The translations under genes and the position numbers were made by a program. A DNA stretch of 64,000 bases from the NCBI RefSeq assembly GCF_026571515.1, contig NW_026857508.1, positions 62,001 to 126,000 of the forward strand, in the 5' to 3' direction. Shown piece by piece: positions 54,801 to 64,000 of the stretch (within the stretch, counting starts at the first letter, position 1; each line of letters starts with the position of its first letter). Source of the stretch: Ruditapes philippinarum (Eukaryota). The notes below the pieces were generated by a model. That model did not search any database. It was not told where the DNA came from and saw only the letters and a list, made by a program, of their open reading frames with translations.

Positions 54801-57056
54801 TATAGTGCAGAATAAATCCTGAAAGATATGCTCACATTTAAATGCAAATATTTTCGAGAGAGACATGAAGAAGTTTATACCAGATCATGGCTATCTGCAA
54901 AAGATTGAATACATTAAATGGCTTTTTTTTTTATCAAATTCACATTTCATTTATTTATACCAAACAACCTTGTCATGAATATTCCTTTATGTATCATTCA
55001 ATTTAAAGCTTGATACTACATTTCAAGTTTTTTTTTATGAAAGTTACAAGAAAAAAAAGTTCAATAACGATTGGTAATATTTGGCATCATGGTGTTGGTG
55101 TGCTGTTTCTTTTTATATAATATGACGTGTATCGCTAGACATTTAGTATCTTTATATATAATGTCATCATACAAATATAAAGCGCTATGTTGACGACCAA
55201 ATGTCATTTCCCTAAGAGTCTCTAGTTAGTAATAAATACGATAATTGACTGTTTCTTCATTTTAGAACGCTTGACAATAAGACGTCACTTGAAGCAATAT
55301 CTTCATTTTCACTCATTTGGAAACGGAAAAGTATTTAATTATATAATATAACTAGATATATTTGATGATTCATTTTTAGAAACTAAGCAAATTGCTCAAG
55401 ATCGACCTATTAAAGAAATAATTACAAAAGATATTAAGAACTCAAACAAAATTTTCTAAGCGGAACAAAGGCGTAAACCGGCGAATATGTAAGGTTTATC
55501 CGCAAAAGACACTTTTCAGATATTTTAATAGATTAGTATTATTATCATAAAGAAAAGCTAACTGAAATGTTGCTTTGAGAACGTAATCGAAACTGTATTG
55601 GCTCTGAATAATTGATATTGAAATCATCTGTCTTATCCTAACATCTTGAACATTCAAGTCATTATCAGCCGTATCTTAAGCTTTCAAAATGTCATTTAAC
55701 CGTCCCATGAGTATGTTTTAGTATTACAGTACAAATTGTTAATAATGCACAATTGTTTCTTAAAGAATATATAAAAGAAATGTTTCAGATTGAATACAAT
55801 TCTCTTGAGGACACTGCTGATAATGAACGCTGATAATCGAAATTACTTTCATGAATAACAATCATTATCTATCTAAAGTTTTTCCTTTATAATTTGTTGG
55901 TATAATTGCTTTTGTGCTTCTGCTGTAGCACATATACGCAACATTATTGCATATTTTAACTGGCGAAGTTTGCTCAGTGTTCTTACACGTATTTTTTGAT
56001 ACCGTACCAGTTGCCGTCAATGCATCATCAAGCTAACAAAACAAAGATGCAATTACTTATAGGCGCAGGTCAAAGGGTCTGTCATATATCATTTTGTCAA
56101 AGAGATTAACCCAGAACCTGTGGAATTCATTAAATGGACTTGTCAGCTAACATGGTTTTCGAGCTACCAAACATCAATTTTTATTGATATAAAGACAGAA
56201 ACTTAAGGTATAAAGCCTGGTCAGACTGCAAGGCTGGATAAGTACAAACAATTCCACGAAACATTACAACGATTCACGATGAAATACAATGCTTTAACAC
56301 AAAATAGTTTCAACTAAATGAATGTATTCTAATTTACTTGCAATCAATATTAACAACGGCGTAAGTTCATCCGTTAGACATGTATCAAAATCAAAATATA
56401 TTATACGCATACACTGTTTGTTTTAATGTATAACGATAATAGCATAATTCAATCTATAGCTAAGAAAAAATAAATATGGTAATAGGTAAATCACGTTTGT
56501 AAATCATCAAGTTGATAATTATTTTCTTTTAAAATATGCAGTTCTAGAAACAAGGCATGAAGTTACCTTCAGGACAACCTTCATGTGTTGCGTAAACGGT
56601 GAAGTTAGAATTTGGCCAAGAACCAGTATCCTCTCCAATAATGTTTTTACGAGATTTATAGCAGAAACTCAATTTCAAGTCATTGTGCGACGTTTTTAGA
56701 TGCATGTGCTCTTTTGGAGTTTTGAAAACCTGTTCAGGTTCTACAGGCAGTACATATGTTTCCACATCTGCATTTTTAACGTCGACATACAAAATTTGTG
56801 GCTGTTCCCATGAAATAGATAGATAACCTTCTCGCCATCCGTATATTTCAGATTCTGGACAACCATACTTTGTCATTGGAATTGCATACGGTCCATCTGG
56901 CCAAAGGCTGACAATTTCCGTGTCCTCTGTCAAGAAAATGTGTTTGACAATATCGTTATCATGTAAAAGTTCTATACTTTCAGATGAGTCAAAATATTTT
57001 AAGAAAATCAACGTTGAGACTGTTTTAAGAAACGAAATGAAAATAAAAACATTCAT
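14653..57056 (-). CDS. Giant mosaic GRL101-like / LGR type C GPCR, 42 coding exons, ~2,763 aa (hand-assembled)
   Basis: Exons in transcript order (minus): 56567-57056, 54717-54818, 54050-54183, 53485-53626, 52888-52926, 52482-52547, 50862-50918, 47916-48079, 47321-47434, 45451-45607, 44824-45044, 43492-43711, 43085-43288, 41758-41997, 38646-38847, 36649-36854, 33546-33716, 32342-32515, 31238-31447, 30802-30874, 29999-30147, 29436-29630, 28970-29106, 28679-28790, 28273-28509, 27438-27593, 26777-26962, 26378-26500, 25630-25749, 25053-25238, 24329-24537, 23225-23325, 22754-22845, 21047-21184, 20292-20408, 19172-19693, 17734-18781, 16922-17451, 16518-16645, 15789-15837, 15300-15538, 14653-14784. 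All have AG acceptors and GT or GC donors, phases are compatible, and the total 8,292 nt is divisible by 3. The small linker exons are the least certain. Confidence 0.75.
16518..17451 (-). CDS. Two exons encoding TM3-TM7 of a rhodopsin-class 7TM (relaxin-receptor/GRL101 type)
   Basis: [65 protein letters not shown]. Confidence 0.96.
17734..18781 (-). CDS. Exon encoding LDLa, LRRNT, LRR array, hinge and TM1-TM2
   Basis: [23 protein letters not shown], repeated LxxLDLSxNxI, hinge [30 protein letters not shown]. Confidence 0.96.
19172..19693 (-). CDS. Exon encoding a degenerate vWA-like domain
   Basis: Symmetric phase 1-1 exon of ~174 aa bracketed by Cys ([18 protein letters not shown] ... ELCN), with later KGIILIEN. 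No intact DxSxS MIDAS. GC donor. Confidence 0.55.
20292..21184 (-). CDS. Two exons: atypical LDLa and LDLa
   Basis: [38 protein letters not shown] and [35 protein letters not shown]. Neither appears in the ORF track. Confidence 0.88.
21555..21829 (+). mobile_element. Degenerate tRNA-derived SINE with internal insertion
   Basis: B-box ggttcgaatac, core gtgccggaaataatacacagaagagcacc, 3' gaaagtcgctatatg..gttggtgcgacgtaaa. Confidence 0.7.
21832..22400 (+). mobile_element. 5'-end relic of a mariner element
   Basis: TA|CGAGGCTGGATAAAAA terminus. Decayed ORF from 22195, [23 protein letters not shown], resembles the mariner N-terminus EQRAVIKFC..LGKT, followed by ..VEDD. Confidence 0.6.
22754..25238 (-). 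CDS. Four exons: LDLa, fibrinogen-like N-terminal motif, degenerate WSC-like Cys module
   Basis: [28 protein letters not shown], then [28 protein letters not shown], then TTCIQKMKEVC..SECVCG..DAC..SGG. Confidence 0.65.
25630..27593 (-). CDS. Four LDLa exons
   Basis: [17 protein letters not shown]; [17 protein letters not shown]; [23 protein letters not shown]; [19 protein letters not shown]. All are phase 1-1. Confidence 0.92.
28273..29630 (-). CDS. Four exons encoding three kringle or kringle-like modules
   Basis: [15 protein letters not shown]; [37 protein letters not shown]; [25 protein letters not shown]. Confidence 0.88.
29999..31447 (-). CDS. Three exons encoding a C-type lectin domain
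   Basis: [22 protein letters not shown]; HIGL..YIWENG..FTAW; NCTRM..WEREDC..YIMCD. Confidence 0.88.
32342..33716 (-). CDS. Two thrombospondin type-1 exons
   Basis: [33 protein letters not shown] and [24 protein letters not shown]. The second exon ends at AG|GCAAGT. Confidence 0.92.
35037..36600 (+). mobile_element. Full-length decayed mariner transposon
   Basis: TA TSDs. Imperfect TIRs CGAGGGGTGTTCAAATATGAATGC / GCATTCATATTTGAGCACACTTTG. Frameshifted transposase with HTH (IRSYIK..RWCKK..SVKD..RP), ARWKPHL (WVPHEL) and [11 protein letters not shown] (YSPDLAP). Confidence 0.93.
35671..35938 (-). mobile_element. Full-length tRNA-derived SINE nested in the mariner
   Basis: A-box TTGCCGAGTGG, B-box GGTTCGAATCC, (AATC)n tail, and 13-bp TSD TACAACAATCGAT at 35658-35670 and 35939-35951. 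Confidence 0.92.
36649..38847 (-). CDS. Two exons encoding an F-type-lectin/discoidin-like domain
   Basis: NIALDK..TDG..WFLVDL..IHYIEI and [14 protein letters not shown]. Confidence 0.8.
40227..40317 (+). other. tRNA-like pseudogene or SINE head with Pol III boxes and T-run
   Basis: A-box TGGTGCAGAGG, B-box GGTTCAAATCC, then oligo-T. Stems are imperfect. Confidence 0.5.
41758..45044 (-). CDS. Four exons encoding two CUB domains
   Basis: [43 protein letters not shown]; and [34 protein letters not shown]. Confidence 0.85.
45451..48079 (-). CDS. Three exons encoding a discoidin (F5/8 type C) domain
   Basis: [34 protein letters not shown] ... CFKFELHGC. Confidence 0.88.
47072..47240. repeat. 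21-bp minisatellite, ~8 copies
   Basis: Repeated atgttaacattgtagatg(t/c)at. Confidence 0.9.
50225..50472 (+). mobile_element. Partial copy of the foldback element at 61354-62132
   Basis: Shares gcactccagag.atgcc, gagaaagaacatca.aa.actcggcaatctgat and atcagatagcctcgtgttt.gatgctc with 61850-62120. Confidence 0.75.
52275..52420 (-). mobile_element. 5' part of tRNA-derived SINE
   Basis: Similar to 35800-35938 (gtccgtagctaagtgg..gtcgctgac..gtccgaatccc). Confidence 0.65.
53485..57056 (-). CDS. First four coding exons: signal peptide and apextrin C-terminal (ApeC)-like domain
   Basis: Hydrophobic N-terminus. [31 protein letters not shown]...GCPEGF, GFLPD, FVLIK...CQKI..EE, NYCYY follows the ApeC pattern WP.G.Y.lp....GCP / FC / WP.G.Y..CP.GF / yCyY. 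Confidence 0.8.
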
Positions 57057-58600
57057 TATCTAAAAAATAATGTGCCCACTATAGCCAGTTTATGACTGTG
57101 CGGTATTTATCACCATATTCCATTTTTGCACAGTGTGACATATTTTGGTACTTTTCGTCTATTTTAAGTGCCGTTTGCAGTGTGTAAATGACTTAATCAA
57201 TTTAGAATATTTTGCATTAATAACACATTTTAAAAAAGCTATGAAAGCACACTGCTTAAGATATAATCATTAATAAAATCAGGTTACATACAAGTTACTT
57301 TTTTTCACCATATTCATATATCGCTATGTTGGTTTAGTTATTAATATAAAATAATGCTTCGAGAGAGTGCATCTGTGAAAAAGGAATGGCAATGTTCTGG
57401 TTCATAGATGCTCTTTGCCATGCTTTCAGTCTTTTTAGTAAGACATTTGAAAAATAACCCTGCATATACTTTTAATAAACTGTGAGCAAATCTCCCTGTG
57501 GCGGTAAAGCTTTTATGACATTAAATCGTTTAGTTTATGATTTTTTGTATGTGTTTGTATGTTAACTATTACCATAATGGAAACAATTTTCAGCACTTCG
57601 TAATGTTCTAACATGGCTAAACCTTTCAATTTCCGTTAGTTTCAAACTTTTCTATACATTCATTTTACAACTTTTTTCTGAAGCAACACAAAACTAGTGA
57701 CAACAATGACAAGTGTCTGTAACTCTAATCCTATAGGCCGCAACTGATTTATGTAACCACTGCACACCAAGATCACCAGGCACATCAGTGCCGTCAGACA
57801 ATGGTCTAGACTGTGCGCCGTTCAGCCGCTACATATCTTAGTGTTCCGTAAAGTGTTCAAGTAGAGAAGAGATCAGGTTATGCCAAACGCAAAATTAGCG
57901 ACTTCTTTTTGACAGTGTTTATTTAGAAATCAATATCGCTTTGCTTTCTCAAAATGCATCTTATATTCGAAAAATATTCAATTTATTTTCAAATAATTGC
58001 AAGTAAAGTTTCTCATTAAAATTCAGGCTTTGTGTTCTTGACGATTTAAGGATAAACATCAGGACTCAACTCAAAAAATTCTTTATCGTTTATGCTTCAA
58101 TGTTTAACTTGTTACAGGTGGTTTTGAAATAGCATATCTATGAAATCTTTAAACCAATCTTATATAACATTAATATTGCATTTTACAGTTGATCAAAATA
58201 TTGATCCCTATTTCGACCCGCTTATTCATGAGTTTTCGGTACTAGTAGAATTATAAATTGTGTACTGTCAAAAACAAAGTCTTAACGATTGTACATTAAT
58301 TTGAAATAGAATTGGTTTTATGCAGCTTTAAATAAGTTATGGTACAAATATTAAGCTTAACAAGTAATTGGTCATTTTAAATGTTGTTACATTTTTCTAT
58401 TGTCACAGGACGCCAAAACTCAACACCATCCCAATTATAAAGCAAAGTACTCAGAAGTTCTGGCTTAAATTTGGATAAAAACATTGATATACTTAGTTCG
58501 CAATCAATACAGCCATTTGTAAGATGAAACTGGTTCGAATTAGGTTATGTTATTAAGATTTCTTTATTAAAAAATCGGACACAATCCCTGAAGATAAAAT

Positions 58601-58752
58601 TAGACAAAGGGTGTGTACGCGTATTATTTCTTGATCAACAAAGGATGTATACGCGTATTATTTACTTGATAGACAAAGGATGTGTACGCGTATTATTTTC
58701 TTGATAGACAAAGGATGTGTACGCGTATTATTTTCTTGATAGACAAAGGATG
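58601..58752. repeat. 35-bp minisatellite, ~4.3 copies
   Basis: Repeated tagacaaaggatgtgtacgcgtattattttcttga. Confidence 0.92.
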
Positions 58753-60761
58753 TCAACGAGTACACACTTAATATAATAGTATTTTTCTATAACTGTACAC
58801 AATATATATGAAACGGCAGTCAAGAATTTGATTATTTTGGACATTTTTTTTAAAGTTTTATTTTGTTCTTGTTTTTTTTTGTTTTTTTCTTCTTTTGGTT
58901 CTACTTAAATAGCATCTCACTCAATTGTTACGCGAATGCATGAATAATGACTGTTTGGCCTATGCAATAGGAAACGACTGCATAAGGAGTCAACAAAGGT
59001 TTTCCTGTATCTTCTATCATGTTTGGATTATAATGTGACAAATGGAAATTGTTAAGCGACAAAACCTATTTATTCTCTCATTCTTTAGATTAGCAGTGCT
59101 TCATTACCTTGTGTGAAGTTCTCACAAACGATTTCTGAATCCATCTTTTGCACGCACTTTTTCAGTGTATGATACGGGGCCTCCACAGCAGCTTTCAACA
59201 CCAAAGGATAACCTACAACGCATATTGTCCTAAATTATATACTTATAAATGAAATATTGAAACATATTTATAATTTCAAAAAAAAAATTGTATTTTCACT
59301 GTAAAAAATATTTTTCCTTACAGTGAAAAAGACTGATGTCTTGCCGGACTAAAAAGAAAAATATATAAAAATTATACTCAGAAAATTAGCCACGAAAAAG
59401 GGTTGGGGTATGTTAGGTCTTACCACCCACTTTAAACTGTGCAACAGATTCAATCCAAGATCAGATTTGTTTACTACCAGTTACAGTTTGTTACTACCAG
59501 TTACAGCTTAATAGTAAATTTTACAATAAGTCATATGATAAAGAGAAATAAAACTCTTAAATTTGTTTGGTTGCCGGTCCATCTTAAAGCTTTGAGAAAT
59601 TTTACCACAGGTTTTTAAAATATCTCGGGCAACTTTTAAATCCGCAATACTTTCAATCTCCTACGCAGTGATTTCCAGGATTAGATATTTTTTTTCAATT
59701 TTGATATTTATTTTAAAACGAAACACTGTTTTGCTAATGTTTCCGTTATGTGTCAGATGGGAACTAAAGTAAAAAAAATATTATCGGAAACATTATAAAA
59801 ATAGATTTTAAAATTGCACCGTTTATTTCCAAACAATGACCGCTTTCGAAAGAGAAATCTTTCTATAATGTCGCCGATTTTACAAACTCTCGAGTTTTTC
59901 TGTCACACTTTTGTCGTAAAAAGTGTAGTTTAACGAAGGAAACTGCGACATTTTCAGTCCACAAGTTTCAAGTTTTATTTTTCTATTAGCCATAGTAATC
60001 TAAGCCACGCAAACATATGCTTATTGTAGGTAGCCGATTGCAGTCATTATAATCTGTTACATTTTGTTTTGATGCATACTTTGTAAAAAGTAAAGTAAGA
60101 TTTAATTAACCCTCGACATTTTATGCGTGGAGATGTATCTCTTTTAAAAGTCCGAATTAAACCAATCCGTCTGCGCAAAATGTCGCGGTTGGAAATTGCT
60201 ATTACTAATCGTAAGAAACAAAAAGTCGCGGCCTATAATTTTTCACCTCGAGTTTTTGTAGAATTTCTACAACACTTGCAAAAATGTCGTGGATTTCTTT
60301 CTGTTCCTCAACTTTTTATAAACAAATGAGAAATAAAATGAAAAGTCAAACCATGGACGCTACCGTCCACTGGAGTCAAAATATCCTGTTTCCAACAACT
60401 GTTATAAATATCGAGGTTTATACGTTCCCTGCGACATTTTGAACGATTCTCGCGGGTTTGTGAGTTGTCCGCGACATTTAATGATAAAACAATAAAGTTT
60501 TTGGCGCGTTTGAAATGGTCGCAATCAGACACCATATTAATAAGCAGTAATAAAACCTAAATTAAAACATTATTAGGTGTTGAGAAATAAAATCTTAATA
60601 AGGAGGAGCTTCAAAAGACAAATAATAGTAAATATAGAATAAAACCTAATATAAACTTTGAATTTATTTCGTTAAGGTACAAATAAGAATATTGTTTCCC
60701 CTTATAAGTTTTTCAAACTTCTAAAATGCAAGCAGGCAGTTCTTGCAATTTTTTAGACATT

Positions 60762-60942
60762 TCAACGTCACACCAATACAGCAAGGTCATATAGCGATTT
60801 TCCAGAACACTTTTGGCCCTTCCGTGCACGAACGGGATCTTAAGTAGAACCATCGACGATCCGTAAGCTAGCTCGATAGCTTCATTACATTAAAAAATTC
60901 CTAAGTCCCTGGCGGGACTCAACAGTTGTGAGGGGCAAGTAG
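60762..60942 (-). mobile_element. Degenerate tRNA-derived SINE
   Basis: Similar to 35690-35895 (acgtcacacc..gtcatat.gcga, gcacgaacggg, ccgtaagctagc..gatagcttc, gtgaggggcaa). Confidence 0.7.
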
Positions 60943-61353
60943 GTAAACACTGATCTAGTTATAAATTTGCAGAAGTACGCAAAGCAATATATGTATTGGT
61001 CTATCATGGAAAGTATGCAATACCATAAATATTTATGTTGGTTACAAACAATGAAAGAATTAAAGCGGATGTTGATAATGAAATGTTCTTGAACAATATG
61101 TTAGTAATTCATCATATAAATGTCATGTAGAACTAGATTACTATTTTTTTGTATTATACATATTTTGTAAGAATATCCAAATGATACGTTTTTTTGTTGT
61201 TATCAATATTTGAAATACATGTATTTCTTGAACATCTGCCCATTGTAGACCAATCCACTTAAGGGTATACGTATGGTCATCCTAATGAATTACCTCCGCT
61301 TTTAAGGCTAAAACTACTGTTAACTAAGTGGCCATAACACGATTTCCGTAGGG

Positions 61354-62132
61354 TAAGTAATAGAAAGAGCATCGAAACACGAGGTTATATGATTTGCACG
61401 AGGGGGCATAGCCCCCGAGTATAAAATAGATAGCCGAGTGTTTTGATGTTCTTTCTCTTTTGTATCATACGCAAAATTAAACACATGTATGCTATTGTCA
61501 CATTATGAAGCTGAAGACCAAACGTAACCAATGCACGATCATCTAAATGTGACATTTCTATCATTTCTGTGTTATTCCTTGCCCTGTTGTCACAAAAAGT
61601 AAACCCCATACAGAATGGGCCAATCAACGACCATAGTCTGGAGTGCGGGAAACTAATCACTGCACTGCAGTTACCGCACTTTGCATATATGTGTATATGA
61701 TTTAACTCTGACACATTTTCAACAGAAAAGTCCCCAAACTATGATACAAAGTTTGTTTGTATCATAGTTTGGGGACCTTTCTGTTGAAAGTGTGTCACTC
61801 AGAGTTAAAAAGTAAACATATACATGCACACTGCGTTAAGTGAAGTGCAGCTATTAGTTACCCGCACTCCAGAGCATGCCCATTTATAAATTTTGTCTAG
61901 GTTTTAATTATTGTGACGACAGGGAAAATGATAGCGATAAAAACGTCACAATCAGGTGCTGTTTCATTGGTTTCATATCGTGACAACAAGGAACGTGGTT
62001 TATTTGCCTACGATACAAAGGAGAAAGAACATCAAAATACTCGGCAATCTGATTTATACTCGAATGGTTATACCCCCCTCCCCCCTGTACAAATCAGATA
62101 GCCTCGTGTTTTGATGCTCTTTCGTTTACTTA
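61354..62132. mobile_element. ~780-bp foldback element (whole-length imperfect palindrome)
   Basis: Left arm aagagcatcgaaacacgagg mirrors cctcgtgttttgatgctctt. Central ~40-bp arms ttcaacagaaaagtccccaaactatgatacaaa / tttgtatcatagtttggggaccttt.ctgttgaa. Confidence 0.85.
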
Positions 62133-64000
62133 AATATTTCATACAGGTTTCGTTTAAAGTATATATTACCTATGCCAATCATTTATAAAAGTTAAATCTT
62201 TTGTAAACTGTCTTGTATTTCTAGTAAACGCTCACCTTATTGGTAAAGAGTCATCTGCATACAAGTCTATATTATGATTATCACGGAGTATAGATATCAT
62301 TGGTATGTATCAAAAATAGTAATGGGAACTCTTGTTTTAGCCACTTAAATGGCAAATTGTAAATTATCTACTTGGGATATCTGTTTTATGTTTGATAAAT
62401 AGGATCTAAAAAATTTGAGAACTTTGCCAGAAAAAGTTACAATCTCAGTAAAATGTTCGTTTTTGGAACAATGCATTATTAATTGAGAATAAGTAAGAAG
62501 AAATTTGTAAATTATTCCTACTCAGCTACATGTAATATCTCACTACGGGTAGTTTACTTCTAATTCTAAATTCTAATTTAATTTCAAATTGAATAAGATT
62601 CCGAATGGAAACCATATAAATTTAATACGTAATCATGACATGATAATCTTCAACTGTCAAATAATTTACTTTACCACCGATCGAACGACCTTTTTCTGTT
62701 TTCAAAACCGTTAATATTTAATTAATTTACAAAGATAAAAGTTTAAAATCTTAGAATTTTATCCTTGTGCTACAAAAATTGTATTTAGGTTCGTTCAAAA
62801 ACATGCAAAACAGAATAAACATTAACATAAAGGAAAGATAGATCAAGATAAATTAGATATGATATATATATACGAACCTCCAAACACAATGAACCAAATT
62901 ATATATGCCATTCTGTAAGAAACAGAAACGCGCATTCTGACTTAGCGAGTAGTATACAATCGCTTATTTATAATAAATGGAATCCGTTGTCAATCACTTC
63001 ACTACAGAGATTGCGCACATAATACAATTAGTTTTGTTTCATTATCGGAAAGTCTAAATATTAAAAAGATTTACGTGATAAGAAATAACAATAACAGATA
63101 AATGATGAGTTGCATAATTATACAAACTTTCTAAATTTATGCAATATTACAAAGATCTAATGATCTGACAACTTGGTCCCAAGATAAATGAGAAACTTTA
63201 ATGATATCACATCAAGATTTAAATCATTTCAGTTTTAATTGATAATCTTTAATTCAGGAAATATCTGACATTATTTCAGCATTTTATGGTCGATGTTTAT
63301 GGGATCTTATTATGCTTTTATTTTTTACAGAGAGACAGAACAGTTATGAGAAGAGTCTTTATCTGATACACGTTTCGCTTTAGACCGCTTGCATGCCTAT
63401 CGGTCTTCAAGAAAGGACGATGCTAACTTGATGTCTAATGGTACTTTACGAAACGGTATAAACCGGTAATTTGCGAAGTTACTATTATGTTAAGGACCGA
63501 TACCGGGAACCGATGTCCAACCCTATACCCAGGATGCATCAAATGTCGGAAAATACCGCAACATATGATAACTTGTATGAAAAAATCTTAGATTTTTTGT
63601 TATCTTGTTACCGTTTCCAAAGAAAAGAACTCTTGCTTTGTTGGCAATTGGTATAATCATGATGACACAGTTTTTAATATGAAAGTCAAAATACTACTTC
63701 GTTTAAATTTTGCTGCCTTTACGGCACACAATTTCACATTCAGCGCTTCTTTCTTCTGCTGTTAAACATCTAACATATTCTAAATCCGCTATAAAACATT
63801 TTTAAACATATGTTTGACGTTTCTAACAAAATGGATTTCTGAGACTTAATTCGCCTTTCAAAGGAACATAATTTTAATAAAACAGCCTCTCGTTGGTGTT
63901 GACGTTGATTAAACCATTATTTAAGGTACATTATCTCAGTTACTATACTATAAAATTATGTTACTATGAAATTGTTTACTCGAACTTGATATACATATTT

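Noticed and set aside
59860-60540. Cluster of TGTCGC/GCGACA motifs and short ORFs
   Set aside because: Probably transposon subterminal repeats, but no termini or protein similarity could be established

Overview
AT-rich, intron-rich eukaryotic DNA. The repeat families and gene type point to a bivalve mollusc (inference). The window opens with the last coding exon of a Cdc25 phosphatase (+, 217-493). About 14 kb of repeat-dense intergenic DNA follows: a Harbinger relic, satellites, palindromes, MITEs and SINE pieces. Most of the window (14653-57056, minus strand) is one large gene that the ORF track shows only as fragments. I assembled it by hand into 42 coding exons with compatible splice phases at every junction (8,292 nt, about 2,763 aa). 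It encodes a GRL101/relaxin-receptor-type (LGR type C) GPCR with a very long mosaic ectodomain: signal peptide, apextrin C-terminal (ApeC), discoidin F5/8C, 2x CUB, F-type-lectin-like, 2x TSP1, C-type lectin, 3 kringle-like, 5x LDLa, fibrinogen-like fragment/WSC-like, 2x LDLa, vWA-like, LDLa, LRRs and 7TM. The cytoplasmic tail resembles a catalytically dead protein-kinase C-lobe. The model needs three GC-AG introns. Introns carry decayed mariner elements (one with a nested SINE) and further SINEs and MITEs. All domain calls are by-eye motif recognition; no database search was run.
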